Positions 1-8,830 of a stretch of DNA of 64,000 nt are shown here, one piece after another. Position 1 is the first letter of the stretch. Every line of letters begins with the position of its first letter. The translations under genes and the position numbers were made by a program. The stretch spans positions 192,001 through 256,000 of the forward strand of contig CAVUPH010000013.1 of assembly GCA_963743305.1 (NCBI GenBank), in the 5' to 3' direction. A model generated the notes under the pieces. That model was not told the origin of the DNA. It ran no database searches and saw only the letters and a program-made list of their open reading frames with translations. This stretch comes from an uncultured delta proteobacterium (GTDB lineage: Bacteria > Desulfobacterota > RBG-13-43-22).

Positions 1-96
1 CTAATTCGGGGAGAATAAGAAAATCAGCGCCAATTGAATGAAAAAATTATGTCGCCTCTTATGACGTCGAACAACTGGAAATTCGTAGAGGAGATA

Positions 97-1302
97 ATGA
101 ACTACACAGATGAACAACTGGAAATACTCCTGGCAGATATCGAATCGGATCTTGCCGAGCGAAAGGAATCCTGGAAGGGTGACGCCCCGGAGACCGGACG
201 GCAGGCCGCTTGCGCTTTTGCAAACGATTTGCCTGATCATCGACGGTCAGGGGTTCTTTTTATCGGAGCGAAGAACGATGGTTCAACCTCCCATTTGGAT
301 ATCACAGATGAACTGTTGCGTACCCTTTCCGATATCAGGACAGATGGCAATACCCTGCCGCCACCTTCAATCGTTGTTGAAAAACGAAACCTCGGAGGAG
401 CTGCCATGGCGGTCGTTATTGTTCTGCCTTCGGATACTCCGCCGGTCAGATATAAGGGAAGGATCTGGATTCGCACTGGGCCCCGCAGGTCTGTGGCCAC
501 TCCCCAGGAAGAACGCATCCTGAATGAAAAGCGCCGCTACCGGGATCTCCCATTTGACATCCAGCCGCTTCCATCTTGCCCCTTGTCGGCGCTCAGTCGG
601 ATTTTGTTCGAGCAGGAGTATTTGCCCAATGCCTTTGCCCCGGATGTGGTAGCAACAAACGAACGATCTTACGAACAGAAGCTCGCTTCGTGCCGAATGA
701 TTGCCGCCGTAGACGATCCTGTCCCGACGATACTGGGCGTACTGGTCCTGGGCGTATCGCCACGGGATTGGATCCCCGGTGCCTATACACAATTCCTTCG
801 GATTGCCGGAACAGAGGTTAGCGATCCGATCCAGGACGAGTCTCTTATAGACGGTGCTTTGGGACAGGTTTTACGTCGCATTGACGAAAAGATCGATTCA
901 CATAATCGCCGCCAAGTCGACATTTCATCGGCTGATCGGGAAATTCGCACGGCTCCCTATCCGCGTGTGGCGCTTCAGCAGTTGATTCGCAATGCGGTCA
1001 TGCACCGCACCTACGAAAACACCAACGCGCCCGTCCGCGTCCATTGGTTCGACGACCGTATAGAAATCATTAATCCGGGAGGACCGTTCGGGGTGGTCAC
1101 CCGGGAAAACTTTGGCCGCCCCGGCATTACCGATTATCGGAACCCAAATCTTGCAGATGCCATGAAAGTCATGGGTTTCGTTCAGCGTTTCGGCATAGGC
1201 ATCCAGACCGCAAGGGCGGAGATGAAAAAAAATGGCAATCCCGATATCGAATTCCAAATTGAACCGTTGACCGTGCTCGCTACGGTCAGGAGGCGCCCAT
1301 GA
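97..1302 (+). CDS. Schlafen/AlbA_2 domain protein with HATPase_c_4 (RecG C-terminal-like) domain
   Basis: N-terminal ESDLAERKES...ACAFAN...GVLFIGAKNDG (AlbA_2); C-terminal NAVMHRTY...IEIINPGG...RNPNLA...FGIGI. GAGGAG RBS precedes ATG at 97. Confidence 0.85.
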   Translation: MNYTDEQLEILLADIESDLAERKESWKGDAPETGRQAACAFANDLPDHRRSGVLFIGAKNDGSTSHLDITDELLRTLSDIRTDGNTLPPPSIVVEKRNLGGAAMAVVIVLPSDTPPVRYKGRIWIRTGPRRSVATPQEERILNEKRRYRDLPFDIQPLPSCPLSALSRILFEQEYLPNAFAPDVVATNERSYEQKLASCRMIAAVDDPVPTILGVLVLGVSPRDWIPGAYTQFLRIAGTEVSDPIQDESLIDGALGQVLRRIDEKIDSHNRRQVDISSADREIRTAPYPRVALQQLIRNAVMHRTYENTNAPVRVHWFDDRIEIINPGGPFGVVTRENFGRPGITDYRNPNLADAMKVMGFVQRFGIGIQTARAEMKKNGNPDIEFQIEPLTVLATVRRRP

Positions 1303-2321
1303 GTGTTCCGGTACTGACTTTTTTCAATAACAAAGGCGGTGTGGGCAAAACATCCCTCGTGTATCACCTGGCCTGGATGTTTTCCGAACTCGACCATACG
1401 GTTGTCGCTGTTGATCTTGATGCCCAAGCCAATTTGACCGCAGCCTATCTCGATGAAGACGAGCTTGAGCAACTGTGGGAAAACGTAAAAGAGCCAACAA
1501 CGATTTACCGGGCCATAGAACCGCTCACCCAGGTAGGGGATATAGTTAAGCCCCATGTCGAAAAAGTGACGCAAGGCCTATATTTAATTCCCGGGGATGT
1601 GGCATTGGCATCATTTGAGGATTTATTGTCCGAATCTTGGCCTAAGAGCATGGGTGATCCCAATTTGTATCGCTATTTTCGTATTCTGACGGCGTTCTGG
1701 CAAGTCGCACAAATGACGGCCCAACAGGTAGGCGCCGATATCATCCTGATGGATGTCGGTCCCAACCTCGGGGCTATTAACCGGTCGGCCTTAATCGCTT
1801 CCGATTATGTTGCTATCCCCTTGGGAGCTGATCTTTTTTCTCTCCAGGGATTAATAAACCTGGGCCCGACGCTTCGTTCGTGGCGCGAAGGCTGGAAAAA
1901 ACGGATAGATAATTGGAAATCCCCCGAATTTGACCTTCCTCAGGGGCGCATGAAACCGCTTGGTTATATCGTACAGCAACATAGTGTCCGGCTCAGTCGA
2001 CCGGTCAAGGCCTATGACAAATGGGTTAACCGTATCCCGGCTGTTTATCATGAAGCGGTGCTCCAGAATTCCACCACCGCGGCTACCCCAACGCAAGATG
2101 AGGAATGCCTGGCCACATTGAAACATTTTCGCAGCCTGATACCGATGGGGCAGGAAGCGCGCAAACCCATATTTCACCTAACATCCGCCGATGGCGCCAT
2201 TGGAAGTCACGCCCAGGCAGTCCAAGAGGCTTACAAAGACTTTAAACTACTCATGGAAAGATTGCTCGAACGAATGGAAAAGATAACGCCCGCCCTTAGA
2301 AACCATAGCCGAAAGGTTTAG
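1299..2321 (+). CDS. ParA/Soj-like ATPase (AAA_31)
   Basis: Deviant Walker A NNKGGVGKT, VDLDAQANLT, MDVGPNLG; ATGA overlap with upstream gene. Confidence 0.9.
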   Translation: MSVPVLTFFNNKGGVGKTSLVYHLAWMFSELDHTVVAVDLDAQANLTAAYLDEDELEQLWENVKEPTTIYRAIEPLTQVGDIVKPHVEKVTQGLYLIPGDVALASFEDLLSESWPKSMGDPNLYRYFRILTAFWQVAQMTAQQVGADIILMDVGPNLGAINRSALIASDYVAIPLGADLFSLQGLINLGPTLRSWREGWKKRIDNWKSPEFDLPQGRMKPLGYIVQQHSVRLSRPVKAYDKWVNRIPAVYHEAVLQNSTTAATPTQDEECLATLKHFRSLIPMGQEARKPIFHLTSADGAIGSHAQAVQEAYKDFKLLMERLLERMEKITPALRNHSRKV

Positions 2322-2467
2322 GCGCTTGGAACGAAATACGGCCGCTCAGAACCCTAAAGAAGCATCCCCCATCATTTACCAAATGAAATCAACGAAATAA
2401 ACTTCAATCCCAAGACCCAACTAATCTCTTTGACGAATTCGAAGATTTCAGATCAGAAAGCAACTCT

Positions 2468-3391
2468 ATGCTCAACCTCCTCAAAAACCGCGACTTCCTC
2501 CTGATCCTCTCCATCGTCCTGGGTCTGTCCCTGGGCCAGGGTGCCCAATGGACCCGGGACCTGGTGATCCCCGGTCTGGCGGTGATCATGACCCTGGCCG
2601 TCATGGGCATCCCGGGAAGTGTCTTTCGCTCTCCGCGCTCCCTGGTTATCCCGACCCTGGCCGGACTGCTTTTGAATTATGGGGTTCAGGGCGGAGTGGT
2701 GCTGGGTCTCAGCGCCCTGCTGATCAAGGAAGAGGCCCTCCGGGCCGGATTCGTCATGGTGGCGGCCGCCCCGCCGGCCGTGGCGGTGATCCCCTTCACC
2801 GTGCTGTTAAAAGGGGATGGTCCATTTTCCCTGATCGCCACCGTCGGCTGCTATCTGGCCGCCCTGATCCTGATGCCTTTGATCACTTTCGGAATGCTGG
2901 GTCCCGGCTTTGCCAGCCATGAAAAACTGGTCTGGATCATGGTGGAACTGATCTTGGCCCCGCTGCTGATTTCCCGGGTGCTGCGCTGGTCGGGGCTTGC
3001 GGAAAAACTGGTACCCTTCAAGGGGGCGCTCACCAACTGGGGTTTTTTCCTGGTCACTTACACTATTGTCGGCCTGAACCGGGCCGTATTTATTAACCGC
3101 CCGCTGAGCATTCTACCCGTGTTTCTGGTGGCCCTGGCCGCCATCTTTCTGCTGGGCTGGACCATAGAGAGAGTGGGGCGGCTCTTCAAAATCGATCCCC
3201 GAAAACGGCTGAGCTTGGTCCTGTTAGGGACCCACAAAAATACCGGCCTGGCCGCCGGTCTGGCCCTGACCCTGCTCGGCGAGCGGACGGCCCTGCCGGC
3301 TACCGTTTCCACGGTTTTCATGATCGTGTATGTCGTCTGGTTGAGTATCAAACAGCGGCGATTTAGTTTGAAGGGGAAACCTCCACCTTGA
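2468..3391 (+). CDS. Bile acid:sodium symporter-like membrane transporter
   Basis: About 9-10 hydrophobic segments; AAAPPAVA and GTHKNTGLA motifs. Confidence 0.7.
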   Translation: MLNLLKNRDFLLILSIVLGLSLGQGAQWTRDLVIPGLAVIMTLAVMGIPGSVFRSPRSLVIPTLAGLLLNYGVQGGVVLGLSALLIKEEALRAGFVMVAAAPPAVAVIPFTVLLKGDGPFSLIATVGCYLAALILMPLITFGMLGPGFASHEKLVWIMVELILAPLLISRVLRWSGLAEKLVPFKGALTNWGFFLVTYTIVGLNRAVFINRPLSILPVFLVALAAIFLLGWTIERVGRLFKIDPRKRLSLVLLGTHKNTGLAAGLALTLLGERTALPATVSTVFMIVYVVWLSIKQRRFSLKGKPPP

Positions 3392-3416
3392 AATCATTCA
3401 AATAAAACGTTAATAT
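3388..3416 (+). promoter_or_regulatory. Candidate sigma70 promoter
   Basis: TTGAAA-17nt-TAATAT upstream of the LOG-TauE-ChaN genes. Confidence 0.45.
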
Positions 3417-3449
3417 AAGGGTTGGTATGAAAATGACCGGCAATTGTCA

Positions 3450-3583
3450 TTCGTGGGTGCCCGCCCCCGGGCATGGGGGTTTAGTACGAAAATAGCTTTC
3501 CAATCTCAACAGCGCTCAGACCCTCCCCCTTGGGTTTTTTCATGCTTCGTGGGTGGCCGTAAGCGGCCATGGGGTTAGTGCGA
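3450..3583. repeat. Two copies of a ~40-nt hairpin repeat
   Basis: TTCGTGGGTGCCCG-cccc-CGGGCATGGGGGTTTAGTACGA (3450) and TTCGTGGGTGGCCG-taag-CGGCCATGGGGTTAGTGCGA (3546). Confidence 0.7.
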
Positions 3584-3609
3584 TATTACGGAGAATTTCA
3601 GGGGGATTA

Positions 3610-4230
3610 ATGAAGATAAAAATCGGCGTTATGGGGCATGCCGGCTCGGATTTACCGGAAAGAGAGAAACAACTAGCCTTTGAGCTGGGAATGGCCATTG
3701 CCGAACAGGATGCAATTACCATTACCGGGGCCTGTCCCGGCTACCCTTTGGAGGCGGCCAGAGGGGCGGCCAGTGGGGGCGGGCTGGTGATCGGGATCTC
3801 CCCGGGACTCAGCCTCTGGGAACACCTGCACAAATATCATTCTCCCACCGAGCATCATGATGTGCTGATCTTCACCGGCAGCGGACTCATGGGCCGAGAG
3901 GTGGTCAACATCCGCAGTTCGGATATGGTGGTCATTGTCGGGGGGAAGTCCGGGACCTTGGGGGAATTCGCCATTGCCTACGATGAGGGCAAGCTGATCG
4001 GGATCCTGATGGGCACCGGGGGCATTACCACGGAAATCAAGCACCTGGTTCGGATCGTCCGGAAAGATACCGGGTCCAAGGTCCTTTACGACCATGAACC
4101 CCGGCGGCTCATTCGACGGCTTTGGAAGTATTACCACCGGGAACATTTCAAGCATCCCTCCTGTTTTCGCGACGATCAGCAATATGCAGAAACCGACGGA
4201 GAAACCCCGGATCGGTTAAAGGAGGGATAG
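3610..4230 (+). CDS. LOG/SLOG family protein (TIGR00725-like)
   Basis: IGVMG, ITGACPG, GREVVNIRSSD, GGKSGTLGEF motifs. Confidence 0.85.
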   Translation: MKIKIGVMGHAGSDLPEREKQLAFELGMAIAEQDAITITGACPGYPLEAARGAASGGGLVIGISPGLSLWEHLHKYHSPTEHHDVLIFTGSGLMGREVVNIRSSDMVVIVGGKSGTLGEFAIAYDEGKLIGILMGTGGITTEIKHLVRIVRKDTGSKVLYDHEPRRLIRRLWKYYHREHFKHPSCFRDDQQYAETDGETPDRLKEG

Positions 4231-4236
4231 ATTTCA

Positions 4237-5196
4237 ATGAATTCCGGTCCTCCTTTTTTTCCCATCGCGGTTTATTGGGCACATGTTCAAAACGTAAGTT
4301 TTCACGATTCCCTCGCCGGAGTGATTCTGATCGGTTTTCTCGTGGGGATTTTCGTAGGATTCTTCGGGATTGCCGGGCGATTTCTCCTGCCCCCCTTTTT
4401 GAACAGCTTCTTCAATTTTCCCTTCAACGTGGCGGTCGGGAGCGACCTGGGGCAGATGCTGGGCACCTCCACCTTGAATCTGATGAAGTTCAAAGGACTC
4501 CACAACGTGGACTATAAATTGGGTGGGTTCATGCTGATCGGCACCGTGGCCGGGGTGGAGGGCGGGGCCCAGATCATGGAGTGGTTGAAGCGTTCCGGTT
4601 CTTTTCTTGTTTTGGGCCGCTCCATACAGTATCTGGATCTGGTCCTGAGTATTTTCTATGTGGCCCTGCTGTTCTGGATTGGTCTCGTGGTTTACCGGGA
4701 ATCCCGGGGGGCCTCCGGCAGCGAAGGGGAGGGCGGCTTTTTCCCCGTCGAACCCACGGCCTTGACGGCCAAACTGCAGCATCTGCGCCTTCCGCCCATG
4801 ATCGCTCTGCCGGTCTCGGGTATCGAATCGATCTCCTTATGGATTATTATGCTGGTGGGCCTGATCACCGGACTGCTGGTGGGCCTGCTGGGAGTGGGAG
4901 GGGCCTTTATCCGTCTGCCCGCTTTTATCTATCTCATCGGTTGCCCGATGGTGGTGGCCATCGGCACGGATTTTTTCGAAAACCTGTTCTCCATGGGCTA
5001 TGGCACCTTCACTCACTCGATGAAGGGCAACGTGGACCTTCTCCTGGTGCTGGTCCTCCTGGTCACCGTGGTGCTGGGAAGTCAAATCGGCATCGGGCTG
5101 GCTCGGAGGATTCACCAGATCAAAATCAGGGTAGGCTTTGCCTATATCGCCTTGGTTGCCGTTCTATTGATCCTTCTCAAACTTCTGTGGTTGTGA
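4237..5196 (+). CDS. Sulfite exporter TauE/SafE family membrane protein
   Basis: GFFGIAGRFLLPP / AVGSDL and second repeat GLLGVGGAFIRLP / AIGTD. Confidence 0.85.
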   Translation: MNSGPPFFPIAVYWAHVQNVSFHDSLAGVILIGFLVGIFVGFFGIAGRFLLPPFLNSFFNFPFNVAVGSDLGQMLGTSTLNLMKFKGLHNVDYKLGGFMLIGTVAGVEGGAQIMEWLKRSGSFLVLGRSIQYLDLVLSIFYVALLFWIGLVVYRESRGASGSEGEGGFFPVEPTALTAKLQHLRLPPMIALPVSGIESISLWIIMLVGLITGLLVGLLGVGGAFIRLPAFIYLIGCPMVVAIGTDFFENLFSMGYGTFTHSMKGNVDLLLVLVLLVTVVLGSQIGIGLARRIHQIKIRVGFAYIALVAVLLILLKLLWL

Positions 5197-5200
5197 GATC

Positions 5201-6418
5201 ATGTTAGCTATTCTCGCTCAAATTCCGTCATTTTGGTTTCGTCATTCTAATTTCAGCTTTAAATTCTTTGGGGTCATGCTTGTTCTATTTCTGACGGGTT
5301 GTGGTATCCGACAGACCATTCCCCCGGCCTCACCGCGAGGAGTTCCTGATGGCCTGAAACCGGGAGACATCCTGGAGACCCGGACCGGACAGGTCATCTC
5401 CCCCGAAGTCCTGCTGGAGCGATTGGAGGAAGCCCGGGTCGTTTATATCGGGGAAACCCATACCCGTCCGGAAGATCATCAAATCCAGGAATGGATTTTA
5501 AAAGGTCTCTACAATCGTCATCCCTCCTGGGCATTGGCCCTGGAGATGTTTCCCCGGGTAGTCCAGCCTCTTCTGGACCATTTTTCCCAGGGGGAAGAAA
5601 CGGAAGAGGATTTCCTTCGGAAAGTGGACTGGGAGGAGATTTGGGGGTATCCTTTTCAACTCTACCGCCCCATGGTCCTGTTCGCTAAGGAAAAGAGACT
5701 TCCCCTGATCGGCTTGAATGCTCCCCGAGAGGTGGTCGATAAAATTGCCCGTCAAGGTCTGTCCGGACTTAATTCCGAAGAGCGGAGGCAGGTAGCAAAG
5801 ACTATTTTGACCAATCAACCGGGAGACCGGGAGTACGTTTTAGAAGAATATGAAAGCCATCTCAAGGGGAGTATCAAGGATTTTGAGACTTTTTATGAAG
5901 CCCAGTTGGCCTGGGAAGAGACTATGGCCGAAAGCCTGGTTGACGCGCTGAAGGCGTTGCCGGAGACCTCTCGAATTGTTGTTTTGATCGGGAAGGGCCA
6001 TATCTGGGAGGGACGGGGGGTACCCCGTGATGCCTGGAGACGCCTGGCCCACCCATACCGGACCGTCATCCCGCTTTCGGTAGATTATTTCTTTCGCCCG
6101 CTGGAATCCGCGCCGGCGGACTACCTGTGGATCACGGCGGCCCTTCCCAAGTCCCATCGACCCATCCTGGGAATTACAATCCGGATGTTGCCCGGGGGAG
6201 AGGGAATTGCCATCGGCGAATTGACCGCCGGCGGGAGGGCGGAGAAGGCCGGGTTTCAAAAAGGGGATGTGATCAAAAAGGTGAACGGGACCCCGATCCG
6301 GACCCTGGAGGACCTGCATCGAGCCCTGTCCGATAAGACCCCCTTCAAACGATTCGGGATCCACCGGGATGGCCGGGAAATGGAAATTCCGGTGGAATGG
6401 GGAACGAAAAATCCTTGA
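5201..6418 (+). CDS. ChaN family lipoprotein with C-terminal PDZ domain
   Basis: Lipobox LTGC; VYIGETH, ALEMF, WEETMA, GKGH; PDZ AEKAGFQKGDVIKKVNG. Start uncertain. Confidence 0.85.
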   Translation: MLAILAQIPSFWFRHSNFSFKFFGVMLVLFLTGCGIRQTIPPASPRGVPDGLKPGDILETRTGQVISPEVLLERLEEARVVYIGETHTRPEDHQIQEWILKGLYNRHPSWALALEMFPRVVQPLLDHFSQGEETEEDFLRKVDWEEIWGYPFQLYRPMVLFAKEKRLPLIGLNAPREVVDKIARQGLSGLNSEERRQVAKTILTNQPGDREYVLEEYESHLKGSIKDFETFYEAQLAWEETMAESLVDALKALPETSRIVVLIGKGHIWEGRGVPRDAWRRLAHPYRTVIPLSVDYFFRPLESAPADYLWITAALPKSHRPILGITIRMLPGGEGIAIGELTAGGRAEKAGFQKGDVIKKVNGTPIRTLEDLHRALSDKTPFKRFGIHRDGREMEIPVEWGTKNP

Positions 6419-6442
6419 CAGAAAAGGCTAATCAAGTAATAT
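6415..6442 (+). promoter_or_regulatory. sigma70 promoter of the liv operon
   Basis: TTGACA-16nt-TAATAT about 60 nt before an AGGAGG RBS and ATG. Confidence 0.55.
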
Positions 6443-6500
6443 TATTAAGTTTAAGTTTTTATAGGGGCATTATTCAATAACTTTTTGCAAGGAGGGTATT

Positions 6501-7622
6501 ATGCAGAAGCGAAGTCAATGGGTTTTGTCAATGGTGATCGTGGTCGGCGTCCTCTTGTTGGCGGTTGCGGCCACTCAGGCGGCCCCGATAGCGGCCAAGA
6601 TCGGGGTCATTTCCATTATCACCGGTCCGGGGGCCGGTTATGGGGAGGCCATCACCAACGGGTTTAAACTGGCCGCGGGAGAACTGAACGCCAAGGGAGA
6701 GGTGAAGATCGACCTGATCATGGAGGATTCTTCGGGCAAACAGGAACAGGCCCTGGCGGCGGCCCAGAAACTGATCAATTCCGAGCAGGTGGTGGCCATC
6801 CTCGGCCCCACGCTGAGCACGGAAATGAAGGTAGTCGGTCCGGAGGCCAATGCCAGCGGGGTCCCGATTATGGGTACCTCCACCACCGCCGTGGGCATCA
6901 CCCAGATCGGGAAATATGTTTTCCGCAATTCCCTGCCGGAGGCCCTGGCCATCCCGGCTTCGGTGAAAAAGGCCGTGGCCAAATACCATATCAAAAGCGT
7001 GGCCATGCTCTACGGGAACGATGACGTTTTCACCAAATCGGGTTTTGACACCATGAAGAAGGTGGCCACCGACCTGGGTCTGAAGATCACCACGATCGAA
7101 GAATTTCAAAAAGGGCAGGCCGATTACAAGGCCCAATTGACCAAGATCAAAGCTACCAAGCCCGATGCCATCTTTTGCTCGGCCCTCTATGAAGAGGGAG
7201 GGGTCATATTGTCTCAGGCCCGAAAAATGGGGATTACCGTGCCCTTTGTGGGCGGCAACGGTTTCAACTCCCCCAAAGTGATTGAAATCGCCAAAGAGGC
7301 TGCCAACGGATTGATCGTGGCCACCCCCTGGTTCGGCGACAAGCCCGACCCGAAGGTCAAAGCCTTCGTTCAGAAGTATGAAAAGGCCTACGGGAAGAAG
7401 CCCGATCAGTTCGCCGCCCAGGCCTATGATGCCATGTATATCATGGGCGAGGCCCTGAAGAAGGCCGGGAAAGCTGACCGCGACAAGCTGCGCGACGCCT
7501 TGGCCTCCATTCGCAATTACAACGGCGTGTTGGGCAAGTTCTCCTTCGACAACGAACGCGACGTGGTCATGGACCCCAATGTTCTGATCGTCAAGGACGG
7601 CAAGTTCCAGATTTTCAACTAA
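6501..7622 (+). CDS. livK: Branched-chain amino acid ABC transporter substrate-binding protein
   Basis: Signal peptide; LivJ/K-type fold motifs (EDSSGK, AAQAYDA, GVLGKFSFD); operon context. Confidence 0.9.
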   Translation: MQKRSQWVLSMVIVVGVLLLAVAATQAAPIAAKIGVISIITGPGAGYGEAITNGFKLAAGELNAKGEVKIDLIMEDSSGKQEQALAAAQKLINSEQVVAILGPTLSTEMKVVGPEANASGVPIMGTSTTAVGITQIGKYVFRNSLPEALAIPASVKKAVAKYHIKSVAMLYGNDDVFTKSGFDTMKKVATDLGLKITTIEEFQKGQADYKAQLTKIKATKPDAIFCSALYEEGGVILSQARKMGITVPFVGGNGFNSPKVIEIAKEAANGLIVATPWFGDKPDPKVKAFVQKYEKAYGKKPDQFAAQAYDAMYIMGEALKKAGKADRDKLRDALASIRNYNGVLGKFSFDNERDVVMDPNVLIVKDGKFQIFN

Positions 7623-7625
7623 TTG

Positions 7626-7749
7626 CACCGCCCGCTTGCCACGCGGCTCGCTCAAGACGCAAAGGACGCAAAGAATCTTTACATCATGGCCGGTTTTCAC
7701 CGGCCATGATAAAAACTATTCTCTTTGCGCCCTTTGCGCCTTTGCGGTG
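7626..7749. repeat. Nested intergenic palindrome (REP/MITE-like)
   Basis: Arms CGCAAAGGACGCAAAGA / TCTTTGCGCCCTTTGCG around a perfect inner stem ATCATGGCCGGT-tttc-ACCGGCCATGAT. Confidence 0.8.
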
Positions 7750-7773
7750 AACAAATTTTTTTAAGGTCGAATC

Positions 7774-8661
7774 TTGTTCTTCGAGCAATTAATAAACGGC
7801 ATCACCTTGGGCAGTATCTATGCCATTGTGGCCTTGGGTTACACGCTGGTCTTCGGGGTCCTGGACATCATCAACATGGCCCACGGGGAGATCTTCATGT
7901 TCGGGGCCTTTATCGGTATGCTGCTCATTTCTCGTTTCGAGGTGCCGGTCGTGGCGGCCCTGGGCGGAGCCATTCTGGTGACCGCCGCTTTGGGTTTTCT
8001 GCTGGAACGATTGGCCTTACGCCCCCTGCGGGGTCGAAGAGGGGTCTCCCATTTGGCTTCTCTGATCAGCACCATCGGAGTTTCCATTTTTCTCGAAAAC
8101 CTGGCCCATCATCTTTTCGGCGCCGGCAACAAACGGTTCCCCACTTCTTTCGGAGATATCCAATTCACCCTCGGGCCGGTATCTATTTACCTGGTGCAGG
8201 TCATCATCCTGGCCATCTCCATTCTTCTTATGGTGGGCCTCTCCACCTGGCTTTCCAAGGCCAAGACCGGCAAGGCCCTGCGGGCCACGGCGGAAAACCT
8301 GGAGACGGCCAGCCTGCTCGGCATCAACACCGGCCGGATCATTACCTCCACCGTGGTGGTGGCCTCGTCCATGGGCGGGATCGCCGGGGTGCTGGTGGGC
8401 ATGGCCTTCAATTACGTCAACAACCAGATGGGCCTGCCCATGGGGCTTAAAGGGCTGGCCATCATCATCATGGGCGGTATGGGCAGCGTGAACGGGGCCA
8501 TGGTCGGAGGATTGATCCTCGGCCTGTCCGAAACCTTCATGGTGGCCTACGGAGATTCCGGTTACCGGGACGCCATTGCCTTTATCGCCATCATTGTGAT
8601 TTTGTTGATCCGTCCCCAGGGCCTTTTCGGCCAGGCCTTGAACGCGGAGCGCAAAGCGTGA
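7774..8661 (+). CDS. livH: BCAA ABC transporter permease
   Basis: INGITLGSIYAIVALGYTLVFG...INMAHG; TTG start. Confidence 0.92.
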   Translation: MFFEQLINGITLGSIYAIVALGYTLVFGVLDIINMAHGEIFMFGAFIGMLLISRFEVPVVAALGGAILVTAALGFLLERLALRPLRGRRGVSHLASLISTIGVSIFLENLAHHLFGAGNKRFPTSFGDIQFTLGPVSIYLVQVIILAISILLMVGLSTWLSKAKTGKALRATAENLETASLLGINTGRIITSTVVVASSMGGIAGVLVGMAFNYVNNQMGLPMGLKGLAIIIMGGMGSVNGAMVGGLILGLSETFMVAYGDSGYRDAIAFIAIIVILLIRPQGLFGQALNAERKA

Positions 8662-8693
8662 GGCGCTGAGCGCAGGGCCTGTCGGTTAAGGAA

Positions 8694-8808
8694 GAATGGA
8701 ATAGTGGAATAATGGAACGTTGGAATAAAAGCAAGATGTCTGAACTGGAGACGCCCCTTGATCATTCCATCATTCCATCATTCCATTATTCCATCATTCC
8801 GGCATTCC
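8694..8808. repeat. Inverted arrays of an 8-nt tandem repeat
   Basis: About 4 x (TRRTGGAA-like) facing about 6 x ATCATTCC between livH and livM. Confidence 0.85.
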
Positions 8809-8830
8809 CCCCCCGGGTGGGTTTCGTTTT

